From the NCBI GenBank assembly GCA_035557535.1, contig DATMDU010000171.1, forward strand, positions 814,622 through 846,621: a stretch of DNA of 32,000 bases. Reading direction: 5' to 3'. This stretch comes from Pyrinomonadaceae bacterium (lineage in GTDB: Bacteria > Acidobacteriota > Blastocatellia > Pyrinomonadales > Pyrinomonadaceae). Below, one piece after another: positions 17,845-25,378 of the stretch. The notes beneath the pieces were generated by a model that saw only the letters and a list, made by a program, of their open reading frames with translations, made no database searches and was not told the DNA's origin. A program made the position numbers and the translations under genes. Numbering within the stretch: position 1 is the stretch's first letter; each line of letters opens with the position of its first letter.

Positions 17845-18315
17845 CTAGTGGTTGAGCTTCCAAAGAGCATAGCCCCACCAAACCGCATAGACGCGGTAGA
17901 TCAAGTACGGCACTAACGACCACGCGGCAAGCCTATCAAGCTGAATCAGACAGAGCAGCAACGGAATGTCCATCACTGGAAACACACAGCCCACGATAAA
18001 ACTAAGTCTTAAGTTTCGGGCGCGGAAAATGATGTAGTTTGTGAGGGCGTTAACGGTCATCATGAATAGTACAAGCGCGAGAGCCGAGCTTCTGAGCATC
18101 GAGCCATCCAGTCTCAGAAGGCGGTAAGTGACAAAACCAAAGATCAGGTAGTAGACCCCGCCAATGATTGACCATATCCAAAGCGGGGCAGAGTAAGGCG
18201 GGAATTTGAGGGTTGAGAAGAACGCCTTAACGTTCCTACCGGCGCACGCACCCTCTAAGGCGGCGGCCAGGGCGCAGACTACGCACGAAAGCAGAAGGGC
18301 GTAACCGAAAGACAT
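17845..18315 (-). CDS. TspO/MBR-like tryptophan-rich membrane protein
   Basis: 156 aa with 5 predicted TM segments. FPPYSAPLWIWSIIGGVYYL, NALTNYIIFRARN and LVPYLIYRVYAVWWGYALWKLN resemble TspO motifs. Confidence 0.6.
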   Translation of the reverse strand: MSFGYALLLSCVVCALAAALEGACAGRNVKAFFSTLKFPPYSAPLWIWSIIGGVYYLIFGFVTYRLLRLDGSMLRSSALALVLFMMTVNALTNYIIFRARNLRLSFIVGCVFPVMDIPLLLCLIQLDRLAAWSLVPYLIYRVYAVWWGYALWKLNH

Positions 18316-18481
18316 AATCGCATTCTAGCCCAACGGAGTTCTCGGAGTGCTCCCCAGCGTCCGCTTTTGTCTGTGTGTCAACAATAAACCCCAATCTCTA
18401 ATTCGAAGGACGCTGAAGAACGGTCAAGCTGGATTGACTTCAACCCACACCTCGATTCTGGTAAGATTTCACCACCTTTAG

Positions 18482-18880
18482 ATGGCTACACCACAACTCA
18501 TATCGGGATTCGATCTGCGTGCCCTGCTTATTATTGCCGCGCTCTCCACTTTGTGTATCTCAAACAATGTGGGGCCGAGTTTTCTCCCATTGCCGGTCGT
18601 AACGGACCGCCTGGCAGAAAACCCGCAAGCAAATCAGCGCGATACAGCATCACGACACCCGTCTCCTACGGATTCTGATAGTTTCCGGGTACCGATGATG
18701 GGTCACACGCAGAAGAAGCGTGCGGCCCAGCAGCTTCAGCATCTTGACACAACGCTAACGGCTGGCTTTGTACTGCCAGTCGACGCGCGAGTTGCTGCCG
18801 AATCTAGTTTCCCGATCTTCCTCCTCCCACCTGCATCGGTGTCACAACCTCCTGGCCGGGCGCCGCCTCGTTTAGTCTAA
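18482..18880 (+). CDS. hypothetical protein with one N-terminal hydrophobic segment and a low-complexity Pro/Ser/Gln-rich tail
   Basis: This rests on the ORF alone. No family was recognised and no clear RBS is present. Confidence 0.3.
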   Translation: MATPQLISGFDLRALLIIAALSTLCISNNVGPSFLPLPVVTDRLAENPQANQRDTASRHPSPTDSDSFRVPMMGHTQKKRAAQQLQHLDTTLTAGFVLPVDARVAAESSFPIFLLPPASVSQPPGRAPPRLV

Positions 18881-18996
18881 ATCACACTCGATAAGAATAG
18901 TCTCGGATCTCCGCGCTGCACGCATTGCGGTGCGGAGCCATACGTCCAATCCAGGGACAAGCGCGCCTGACTTTCAGGCGAACGAGGAGCAATTCA

Positions 18997-19149
18997 ATGA
19001 GTAACACTGCAATCTTCATCCTAGTAGCCATTGTAGTTATCGGCGGAATTTTCTGGCTCGTTATTTATTCGGGCCGTCGCGGTGAAAAGCACAGGCAAAA
19101 GACAAGTATCAAAGTGTCGGACTCTCCGGACGGAGGGACGACCGGTTGA
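18997..19149 (+). CDS. small (50 aa) single-TM hypothetical protein
   Basis: MSNTAIFILVAIVVIGGIFWLVIYSGRRGEKHRQ... GAGGAG lies 8 nt upstream of ATG 18997. Confidence 0.4.
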   Translation: MSNTAIFILVAIVVIGGIFWLVIYSGRRGEKHRQKTSIKVSDSPDGGTTG

Positions 19150-19319
19150 TATTTTGAACTCCTCTCATTCTTGGCCAAACACACCGGAGAAACCCCAGGG
19201 TGTGAAGCTCGAAGTGGGAGAGCCAACCCTGCTCGCCGTGGTCAGGGCCAATGAACTGCGGCGAGTATTGGGTTGTTGCAAGGCGGCATTCACGTATGCA
19301 TTTAGCTGGAGACAGATGG

Positions 19320-19571
19320 ATGATGGAAACCGCGGAAAGACGAAAATACAAAGGCGACTTTGGGGTAAACGTCGGAGCAAAGGTGCCGCCCGCAACTTTT
19401 AGCGAAATCGAGAACCTCGCGAGGGCGCTGGGAAAGACTAGAGCTGGAGTGGTTCGAATGCTGCTGAGTCGAGGGCTTGCTGATTACCGATGCGACGAGA
19501 CCCTGACGACTCAGCCGACGGTCCCGCTGGCGGAGCCGCCGGCCGGTTCCGAATCTACTGACGACAGATAG
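19320..19571 (+). CDS. ribbon-helix-helix (CopG/Arc-like) DNA-binding protein
   Basis: FGVNVGAKVPPATFSEIENLARALGKTRAGVVRMLLSRGL fits a beta-strand-helix-helix RHH pattern. The start was chosen at the in-frame ATG 19320. Confidence 0.55.
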   Translation: MMETAERRKYKGDFGVNVGAKVPPATFSEIENLARALGKTRAGVVRMLLSRGLADYRCDETLTTQPTVPLAEPPAGSESTDDR

Positions 19572-19665
19572 AACGCCCCCGAACATTTTAGATGGGTGAT
19601 ATCGCCTCGATGCGCGAGGCTATTGGGGTCGGACAGATGTTGAGCACTTCGAGGTTGGTTTGAGC

Positions 19666-20916
19666 ATGAATTATTTTCTAGCGACCGCGACCGGGGGAGA
19701 TACGAAAGTCCTTTTGACTCTCTTCATAATGCTGGTTGCGGCCAAGCTGATGGCCGAGTTGTTCGAGCGACTTCGTCAACCAGCAGTCGCGGGCGAGATA
19801 CTGGCTGGAGTCGTTATCGGCCCGAGTCTTCTCGGGTGGGCCGCTCCGTCAGAAATCACCAGTTTGCTGGCTGAGATTGGCGTCATCTTCCTGCTGTTTA
19901 CGGTTGGGCTTGAAACCAAACCTGCGGCCATCTTCAAAGTTGGAAAGCAAGCGGCGGTGGTGGCGGTACTAGGCGTGGTTGCGCCAATGCTTGGAGGTTG
20001 GCTCCTAATGCGGGCCTGGGGTAGCACGAGTATTGAAGCGCTCTTCGTTGGTACGGCAATGGTTGCGACTTCCGTAGGCATTACAGCGCGTGTTTTGTCT
20101 GGAATGGGATTGCTAGATGCGCCCACCGCTCGAATCATTCTCGGTGCTGCGGTTATCGACGACATCCTTGGCCTCTTGGTTCTTGCGATTGTGTCGAGTA
20201 TGGCAGCGGGTACGGTTAATTACCTTGAGATACTTACGACGGCTGGTCTGGCAATCGGGTTCACTGCTTTTGTCGCTCTTGTAGGAGCACCTGTCGTTAC
20301 TCGCGTAGCGCCAAGCGTTGAACGCATGCGTAGCGGGCAGGGGATCTTTATCTTCGGGCTGGTGCTCTGCCTCGGTCTATCAGTGGCGGCATCCTACATC
20401 GGAGTGGCCGCGATCATCGGCGCCTTTCTCGCCGGGATGGCCCTCTCGGAAGCAGCAGAAGACAATCCGAAGATGCATCGCCAGATGAGGGGGGTGACGG
20501 AATTCCTGGTCCCTTTCTTTCTCGTCAACATCGGGATGCAGCTTAGTCTTGGCGTCTTTCGTTCTTCATCCGTGCTCCTGCTTTGCGTTCTCGTAACTTT
20601 GGTCGCGATTGTGACCAAGTTGTTAGGGTGCGGTTTGGGCGCCTTCAACCTCGGAATGAGACGCGCAGGACAAGTAGGTATGGGAATGGTGCCGCGAGGA
20701 GAAGTCGGAATCATCGTCGCCCAGATTGGTTTAAGCCTCGCAGTAATTGGAGCGGAACTTTACGGTGTGGTCTTGTTTATGGCTGTGGCCACGACAGTGA
20801 TTGCGCCGCCATTCCTCAAGATGCTTTACGCGAGTGAGGTTGCTGCGAGGAAAGAGATTGGGCCGCCCGACGCGGGTGGCATCGTGGCGTCAGAAGAACT
20901 TTTCAAGATTGGATAA
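19666..20916 (+). CDS. CPA2-family cation:proton antiporter (Kef/NapA-like membrane domain)
   Basis: About 416 aa and polytopic. The N-terminus LFIMLVAAKLMAELFERLRQPAVAGEILAGVVIGPS and the later GLETK... and PRGEVGIIVA motifs are typical of Na_H_exchanger family proteins. Confidence 0.9.
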   Translation: MNYFLATATGGDTKVLLTLFIMLVAAKLMAELFERLRQPAVAGEILAGVVIGPSLLGWAAPSEITSLLAEIGVIFLLFTVGLETKPAAIFKVGKQAAVVAVLGVVAPMLGGWLLMRAWGSTSIEALFVGTAMVATSVGITARVLSGMGLLDAPTARIILGAAVIDDILGLLVLAIVSSMAAGTVNYLEILTTAGLAIGFTAFVALVGAPVVTRVAPSVERMRSGQGIFIFGLVLCLGLSVAASYIGVAAIIGAFLAGMALSEAAEDNPKMHRQMRGVTEFLVPFFLVNIGMQLSLGVFRSSSVLLLCVLVTLVAIVTKLLGCGLGAFNLGMRRAGQVGMGMVPRGEVGIIVAQIGLSLAVIGAELYGVVLFMAVATTVIAPPFLKMLYASEVAARKEIGPPDAGGIVASEELFKIG

Positions 20917-20939
20917 GGCACCCGGGATCAAACGCACCG

Positions 20940-21335
20940 ATGATAAACCTGCTCGCTACAATATTAGTTTGTCTGACGGGGCTTTATCTCATTAGCTTTG
21001 CCTTAGTTATGTTGCTGGCACCGGACCGAGCCAAACGGTTTCTGAGCGGCTTTGCCAGCTCTGCTTTTACTCACTACCTGGAACTCGGACTCCGTCTTAT
21101 CGCGGGTGTTGCTATCTTGCTGTTTGCACCGCAGATGTTGTTTTCCAAATTCTTTGTCATTTGTGGCTGGATTCTCGTGGGGACCACCGTCGCTCTTTTT
21201 GCGGTTCCCTGGCGGTGGCATCAGCGCTTTGCGCGGTGGAGTGTTCCCTACGCAACTCGCAACTTGAGGCTGGTCGCCGGCACCTCGTTGGTTTTCGGCG
21301 GATTCGTTATGGCAGCAATTATTTTTCGGCACTGA
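20940..21335 (+). CDS. hypothetical 4-TM membrane protein
   Basis: A 131-aa hydrophobic ORF with no family recognised. Confidence 0.5.
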   Translation: MINLLATILVCLTGLYLISFALVMLLAPDRAKRFLSGFASSAFTHYLELGLRLIAGVAILLFAPQMLFSKFFVICGWILVGTTVALFAVPWRWHQRFARWSVPYATRNLRLVAGTSLVFGGFVMAAIIFRH

Positions 21336-21410
21336 GCGATGAGGCAACGCGACTGTCAATTGAGCGACCTTCTAAGATTTACTTGAGCGTGCAGATTCGG
21401 AGGTGGAATC

Positions 21411-21662
21411 ATGTTTAAGATCCAGAGAAAGTTTCTTGAAAGTTGTCTTCTTATAATGCTGCTGATCACCTTGTTTCTTCTGGCTTCATTATCCACCACA
21501 GCACAAGTCGGACGGACTCACTTGGAAAGTCGAACGTCTCGAAGTCGCAGAGCCGCTCCAACATTTCAAAGGGCCGCGACGCCGAACGATACCGGCAACG
21601 ACTCAAGTCCGCGCAAAATCATGCTGGGACTGTCAGCGTGGAGATTCGGCGAGAGTTATTAA
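21411..21662 (+). CDS. small hypothetical exported protein
   Basis: GGAGGTG lies 5 nt before ATG 21411. The ORF has a signal-like segment (LLIMLLITLFLLASLSTTAQ) and a basic tail. Confidence 0.4.
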   Translation: MFKIQRKFLESCLLIMLLITLFLLASLSTTAQVGRTHLESRTSRSRRAAPTFQRAATPNDTGNDSSPRKIMLGLSAWRFGESY

Positions 21663-21692
21663 GCACGCCAAGAGAGTAAGGTTTCAAGGAGG

Positions 21693-22718
21693 ATGGAATT
21701 GGGCCTCGTTCTGTTTTTCTTGTTCTTGACAGCCGCCCTACTGGTGGTCGCCTCGAAGACCATCCGAATTGTCCCCCAAGCTACAGTAATAATGGTTGAG
21801 CGCCTTGGCAGATTCCACAAGCTAGCAGACAGCGGCCTGCACATCCTTGTCCCATTCATCGATAAACCTCGCGGTACCTACTGGACGGGTACCTCTCCCG
21901 GCCTCTTTTCCATTGACATGCGCGAACAATTTCTTGATATGCCGCTGCAGGCCGCAATCACGCGGGATAATGTTCAGATAGTCGTCGACTCGGTGGTCTA
22001 CTGGCAGATAACAGACCCACTCAAGGCAGTATATGAAGTAGTGGATTTGATCGGTGGCATCATGCAACTGAGCGTAACCGGAATGCGCAGCGTCATGGGC
22101 GATATGGAGTTGGATCAGTGTCTCTCTTCGCGTGAGGAAATTAACGGCAAACTGCGGGTGATTCTCGATGAAGCTACTGACAAGTGGGGCGTTAAGGTGC
22201 TGCGCGTTGACGTGAAGAACATCAACCCGCCAACCGATGTGCGCGACACTATGGAAAAGCAGATGACGGCGGAGCGCAACCGCCGCGCGCTGGTACTCCA
22301 AGCTGAAGGTGAGCGCGAAGCAGCCGTCACCCGCGCCGATGGCGAAAAGCAAGCGGCGATCGCAAACGCAGAGGGCGGCAAAGCATCGGCGATTCTTCGA
22401 GCGGAGGGTGCGGCCCAAGCGCGACTGCTGACAGCACAAGCCGAAGCGGAAGCCATAACCCGCATCACCGAGGGTATGGCCCAGTCTCTGCCGCAGGATC
22501 ACCTGGAATCTCATGTGAACATGAGCGCCTCCCCGGCAAAAGCAAAACTCAACAACCCGACCCATTACCTGATCACAGCGCGATACATTGAAGGACTCAA
22601 AGACATGGCGAAGTCTGATAACACAAGAGTGATTTTTATACCCGTGCAAACCGCTCGCCTGTTAGGCAACGCCGGGGCGATAACAGAAATATTCTCGCGG
22701 GTTCGAGAAAGGACTTAG
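21693..22718 (+). CDS. SPFH/band-7 (stomatin/HflC-like) membrane-scaffold protein
   Basis: It has an N-terminal TM segment. IRIVPQATVIMVERLGRFHK...ITRDNVQIVVDSVVYWQITDP is followed by an Ala/Glu-rich coiled region (AEGEREAAVTRADGEKQAAIANAEG...). Confidence 0.9.
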   Translation: MELGLVLFFLFLTAALLVVASKTIRIVPQATVIMVERLGRFHKLADSGLHILVPFIDKPRGTYWTGTSPGLFSIDMREQFLDMPLQAAITRDNVQIVVDSVVYWQITDPLKAVYEVVDLIGGIMQLSVTGMRSVMGDMELDQCLSSREEINGKLRVILDEATDKWGVKVLRVDVKNINPPTDVRDTMEKQMTAERNRRALVLQAEGEREAAVTRADGEKQAAIANAEGGKASAILRAEGAAQARLLTAQAEAEAITRITEGMAQSLPQDHLESHVNMSASPAKAKLNNPTHYLITARYIEGLKDMAKSDNTRVIFIPVQTARLLGNAGAITEIFSRVRERT

Positions 22719-22896
22719 GTTCGAATTGGCGCGCCAGATGCCGGCGGCATCGTAGATTCAGAAGATTAATGCGAGATTAGCTGACGGGGGAGACGGTGTA
22801 GGATCGCACCTAAGTACGCTAAATTGTCCACTGGTAAATCACCACTGACGCAGCGGTTTTTTGTATATCTGAGTTAAGGGATATGATCACACAAAA

Positions 22897-23867
22897 ATGC
22901 TTACAGTTGTTTATATAGTCGTTGTCTTTCTTCTAGTCTTTGCGAACGGCTTCTTTGTCGCCTCCGAGTTTGCACTGGTAGGTGTCCGCCGCTCTCGCAT
23001 TCAGACTCTCGCCGCATCAGGAAGTCTGAGCGCAAGGCGACTGCTTAATCTAATCGACAATCTGAATGCGTACATCTCTGCTACCCAATTGGGAATCACA
23101 ATGGCGTCCCTGGCCCTCGGATGGATTGGCGAGCCGGTCTTCGCGCACTTACTAGAAGCGCCGTTAAGAGGACGCGTTTCCGATGTAACGCTACATACAA
23201 TCTCTTTCGCGGTTGCCTTCACCATTATTACTTTCCTTCATATTGTGCTGGGCGAACTCGCTCCTAAAACGCTTGCGTTGGAAAGAGCAGAGAAAGTTGC
23301 TCTGACTATTTCATGGCCCATGCAAGCGTTTTACAAAGTCTTTCAGTGGCCCATCCGCTTGCTTGATTGGGCCGGAACACGCACGGGTCCGTCTTTTCGG
23401 ACTCCATCCGACTCAAGATCACGCTTCCGTCTACACCGAAGAAGAGTTGCGTAATCTGATAGACATCTCCCAGGAAAAGCGGACACGTCGAACCTCAGGA
23501 ACAACAGCTGATTCAGAGAGTCTTTTGAGTTTTCTGATACTGAGGTGCGGGAAGCGATGGTTCCTCGTATGCAAGTCAAAGCATTAACAGTGACGGCGAC
23601 GCTAGAAGAAATCAGGGCGACGTTTCTTTCCACCGGTTATTCACGCCTCCGGTATACGGTGAGCGATTAGATGACATCGTTGGCCTGTTATTCAGAAAAG
23701 ATGTGGATATGGGCCGCGTACCTGCTTGTGGGTTCGAACTGAGGACACTGGTCAGACCTCCAACATTCAAATTATGCGAACCGATCTCACTTCTCCACGT
23801 CCGTATGAACACAGCGTTAAAGAGTGGCACGCAGCCGCGACATCTCCTTATCATAATCTATCGTTAA
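22897..23867 (+). pseudogene. CorC/HlyC (CNNM/DUF21-CBS) family transporter gene with at least 4 frameshifts and a 3' truncation
   Basis: The DUF21 part is intact (FANGFFVASEFALVGVRRSRIQ...ATQLGITMASLALGWIGEP). After that, homology hops between frames: VRLFGLHPTQDHASVYTEEELRNLIDISQE, then SGHVEPQEQQLIQRVF, then EFSDTEVREAMVPRMQVKALTVTATLEEIRATFLSTGYSRL, then PVYGERLDDIVGLLFRKDV. The breaks are near 23384, 23478, 23527 and 23650. The rest of CBS2 and the CorC_HlyC domain are absent. Confidence 0.8.
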
Positions 23868-23888
23868 TTCTCATCGAGTGTGGTTCTC

Positions 23889-24242
23889 TCAGCTGTTTGG
23901 CGCCTTGTACTGAATCACTCGCACTCTTTCGAGCGTCACTAATCCGTCGCTGATCATTTCGTCCAGGGTCGGCAAGAAGTGTTCAATGCGTTCCAAGCTG
24001 TCCGCTATTTCAATAACCATCGGCAGGTCTTCCGAAAGTCTCAGGATCTTCGCAGTATGAAGCACACTGTGCTTACCGAATCCCATTACTCCGCGCAAAA
24101 CTGTAGCGCCTGCCAAGCCAGTCTCCCTGACCTTTAGAACAATCGCCTCATATAACGGCCGATGGCCGTACTTGTCACTTTCTCCAACGAAGATCCGCAA
24201 GAGGTATCCGTCCTCAGGAGTGTGCATATCGCGTCTCCTCAT
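23889..24242 (-). CDS. DUF190-family (PII-like) protein, the usual crcB partner
   Basis: YLLRIFVGESDKYGHRPLYEAIVLKVRETGLAGATVLRGVMGFG. An ATGA start/stop overlap with crcB falls at 24239-24242. Confidence 0.85.
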   Translation of the reverse strand: MRRRDMHTPEDGYLLRIFVGESDKYGHRPLYEAIVLKVRETGLAGATVLRGVMGFGKHSVLHTAKILRLSEDLPMVIEIADSLERIEHFLPTLDEMISDGLVTLERVRVIQYKAPNS

Positions 24243-24613
24243 AACATCTTGCCGATAGAGTATCCGGCCCACACAAGAACCAAGCCGATCAGATTGGAAA
24301 GAGAAACATTTAGAGCTGCCAGTCCGAATTGACCGTTTTGCAGTAGGGTGAACGTCTGTAAACCGAAGGATGAAAATGTCGTAAATCCCCCCAGGAAGCC
24401 GACCATGACAATGGTCCGCACCGTCTGATTTACAAGAAAGCGTTCTTGCAGCAAATAGAAAAGCATTCCTACAAGAAAACAGCCAATGAGGTTGACGGCC
24501 AGTGTGCCTGAGGGAAATGTCCCCCCGTAGCGTCTCGCAATAACTCCAGACAGCCAGTATCTGCCCAACGTACCGATGAAACCCGCCAACCCAATCAGGA
24601 AAAGTTTGCTCAT
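24239..24613 (-). CDS. crcB: fluoride ion channel CrcB/Fluc
   Basis: 124 aa with 4 TM segments. Motifs GFIGTLGRY and GFLGGFTTFSSF are present. An AGGAG RBS is present, and a fluoride riboswitch lies immediately upstream. Confidence 0.92.
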   Translation of the reverse strand: MSKLFLIGLAGFIGTLGRYWLSGVIARRYGGTFPSGTLAVNLIGCFLVGMLFYLLQERFLVNQTVRTIVMVGFLGGFTTFSSFGLQTFTLLQNGQFGLAALNVSLSNLIGLVLVWAGYSIGKML

Positions 24614-24630
24614 TTCGTTACTCCTAAGCG

Positions 24631-24672
24631 AAAACTCCTAACCTTGATGCGTGCTGTGCATCCGGTTAGGAG
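24631..24672 (-). terminator. riboswitch expression-platform terminator
   Basis: The minus strand reads CTCCTAACC-ggatgcacagcacgcatca-AGGTTAGGAG followed by TTTT. The 5' arm overlaps the 3' end of the aptamer. Confidence 0.7.
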
Positions 24673-24720
24673 TCATCAACTCTGCTCAAGCAGAGTGGTT
24701 ATTGGCGAACCCCATCGCCT
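24661..24720 (-). promoter_or_regulatory. fluoride riboswitch (crcB RNA motif) aptamer
   Basis: The minus strand reads AGGCGATGGGGTTCGCCAATAACCACTCTGCTTGAGCAGAGTTGATGACTCCTAACC. This aligns with the consensus GGCGAUGg.G..CGCC.AA.AAC..[stem-loop]..UGAUG.C.CCUA.C and lies directly 5' of crcB. Confidence 0.88.
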
Positions 24721-24735
24721 TAAATTTTCCTGGGT

Positions 24736-24744
24736 ATCTTACCA
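24736..24744 (-). promoter_or_regulatory. candidate extended -10 promoter (TGgTAAGAT) for the riboswitch-crcB transcript
   Basis: Seen on the minus strand about 15 nt upstream of the aptamer. There is no good -35 at 17 nt spacing. Confidence 0.35.
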
Positions 24745-24772
24745 GAGATCCTTGGCAAGTATCCGGCAGTTT

Positions 24773-25366
24773 TCACTGCTTTCGCGGATGACTTTCGACG
24801 CATTGAAACATCCATATGTCGCCGAGATTTACCGGATGTTTGAATGGTTCATTGGCTCTGCAGCGAAGGCTTAAATTTAGGTTCCCGGCCCAGCACGGTG
24901 GGATTAAGTAAGACTCTGTTCCTACCTGGACGAGCCTAACCAACTCCTCCAGATGGTTTTCATAACGACGTTTCGTCTCAAGCAATGAGTGGTGAGCAAG
25001 GGCACGGTCGACCTCCGCCTCAACGTGTTGGATGTTGAATGGCTTCGTGATGTAGTCGAAGGCCCCGAGTCTGAGCGCCTGGATGGCGTTGTCGATGGTT
25101 TGTTGTCCGCTAATCATCATTATGACAGTGTCGGGCGCTGATTTGAGCGCATGAGGAATCATCTCCAGCCCGCTCCTGCCACTCATTCGGATGTCGCTCA
25201 GTACCAGGTCAAACTCCTCCTTTGCTAGAAGTGTCAGGGCTTCCTCAGCGGAAGTGACCGCGCTGCACTCATGACGCACACACAACATTTGCTGCGGGAC
25301 GTCTCTGATTCCAGATTCGTCATCAACGATAAGGATGCGCGACCGATTGTTACCTGAATTCTGCAT
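24773..25366 (-). CDS. response regulator (REC domain) with an unrecognised 53-aa C-terminal tail
   Basis: ILIVDDESGIR...LVLSDIRMSGRSG...AFDYITKPF is followed by a linker (SLLETKRRYENHLEELVR) and then a tail with no recognisable domain. Confidence 0.85.
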   Translation of the reverse strand: MQNSGNNRSRILIVDDESGIRDVPQQMLCVRHECSAVTSAEEALTLLAKEEFDLVLSDIRMSGRSGLEMIPHALKSAPDTVIMMISGQQTIDNAIQALRLGAFDYITKPFNIQHVEAEVDRALAHHSLLETKRRYENHLEELVRLVQVGTESYLIPPCWAGNLNLSLRCRANEPFKHPVNLGDIWMFQCVESHPRKQ

Positions 25367-25378
25367 AGCTGACGTCTG

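Noticed and set aside
21822-22649. A 275-aa ORF antisense to the SPFH gene (also 22115..22468).
   Set aside because: The plus-strand frame has a strong SPFH/band-7 signature along its full length. The antisense ORF is a mirror artefact of an Ala/Glu/Arg-rich, stop-poor region and has no recognisable motif.
22727-22751. TGGCGCgccagaTGCC as a fourth sigma-54 promoter, and the GATGCC-ggc-GGCATC hairpin as a terminator after the SPFH gene.
   Set aside because: The -12 region (ATGCC) is a poor match, and the element overlaps the hairpin. The hairpin has a 6-bp stem and no T-run. Both are too weak to call.
23729-23745. A GGGTTCGAA T-loop-like sequence suggesting a tRNA. Similar GGTTCGAA strings occur near 22719 and 19451.
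   Set aside because: No acceptor, D or anticodon stems can be built around them. The first lies inside recognisable CorC coding sequence.
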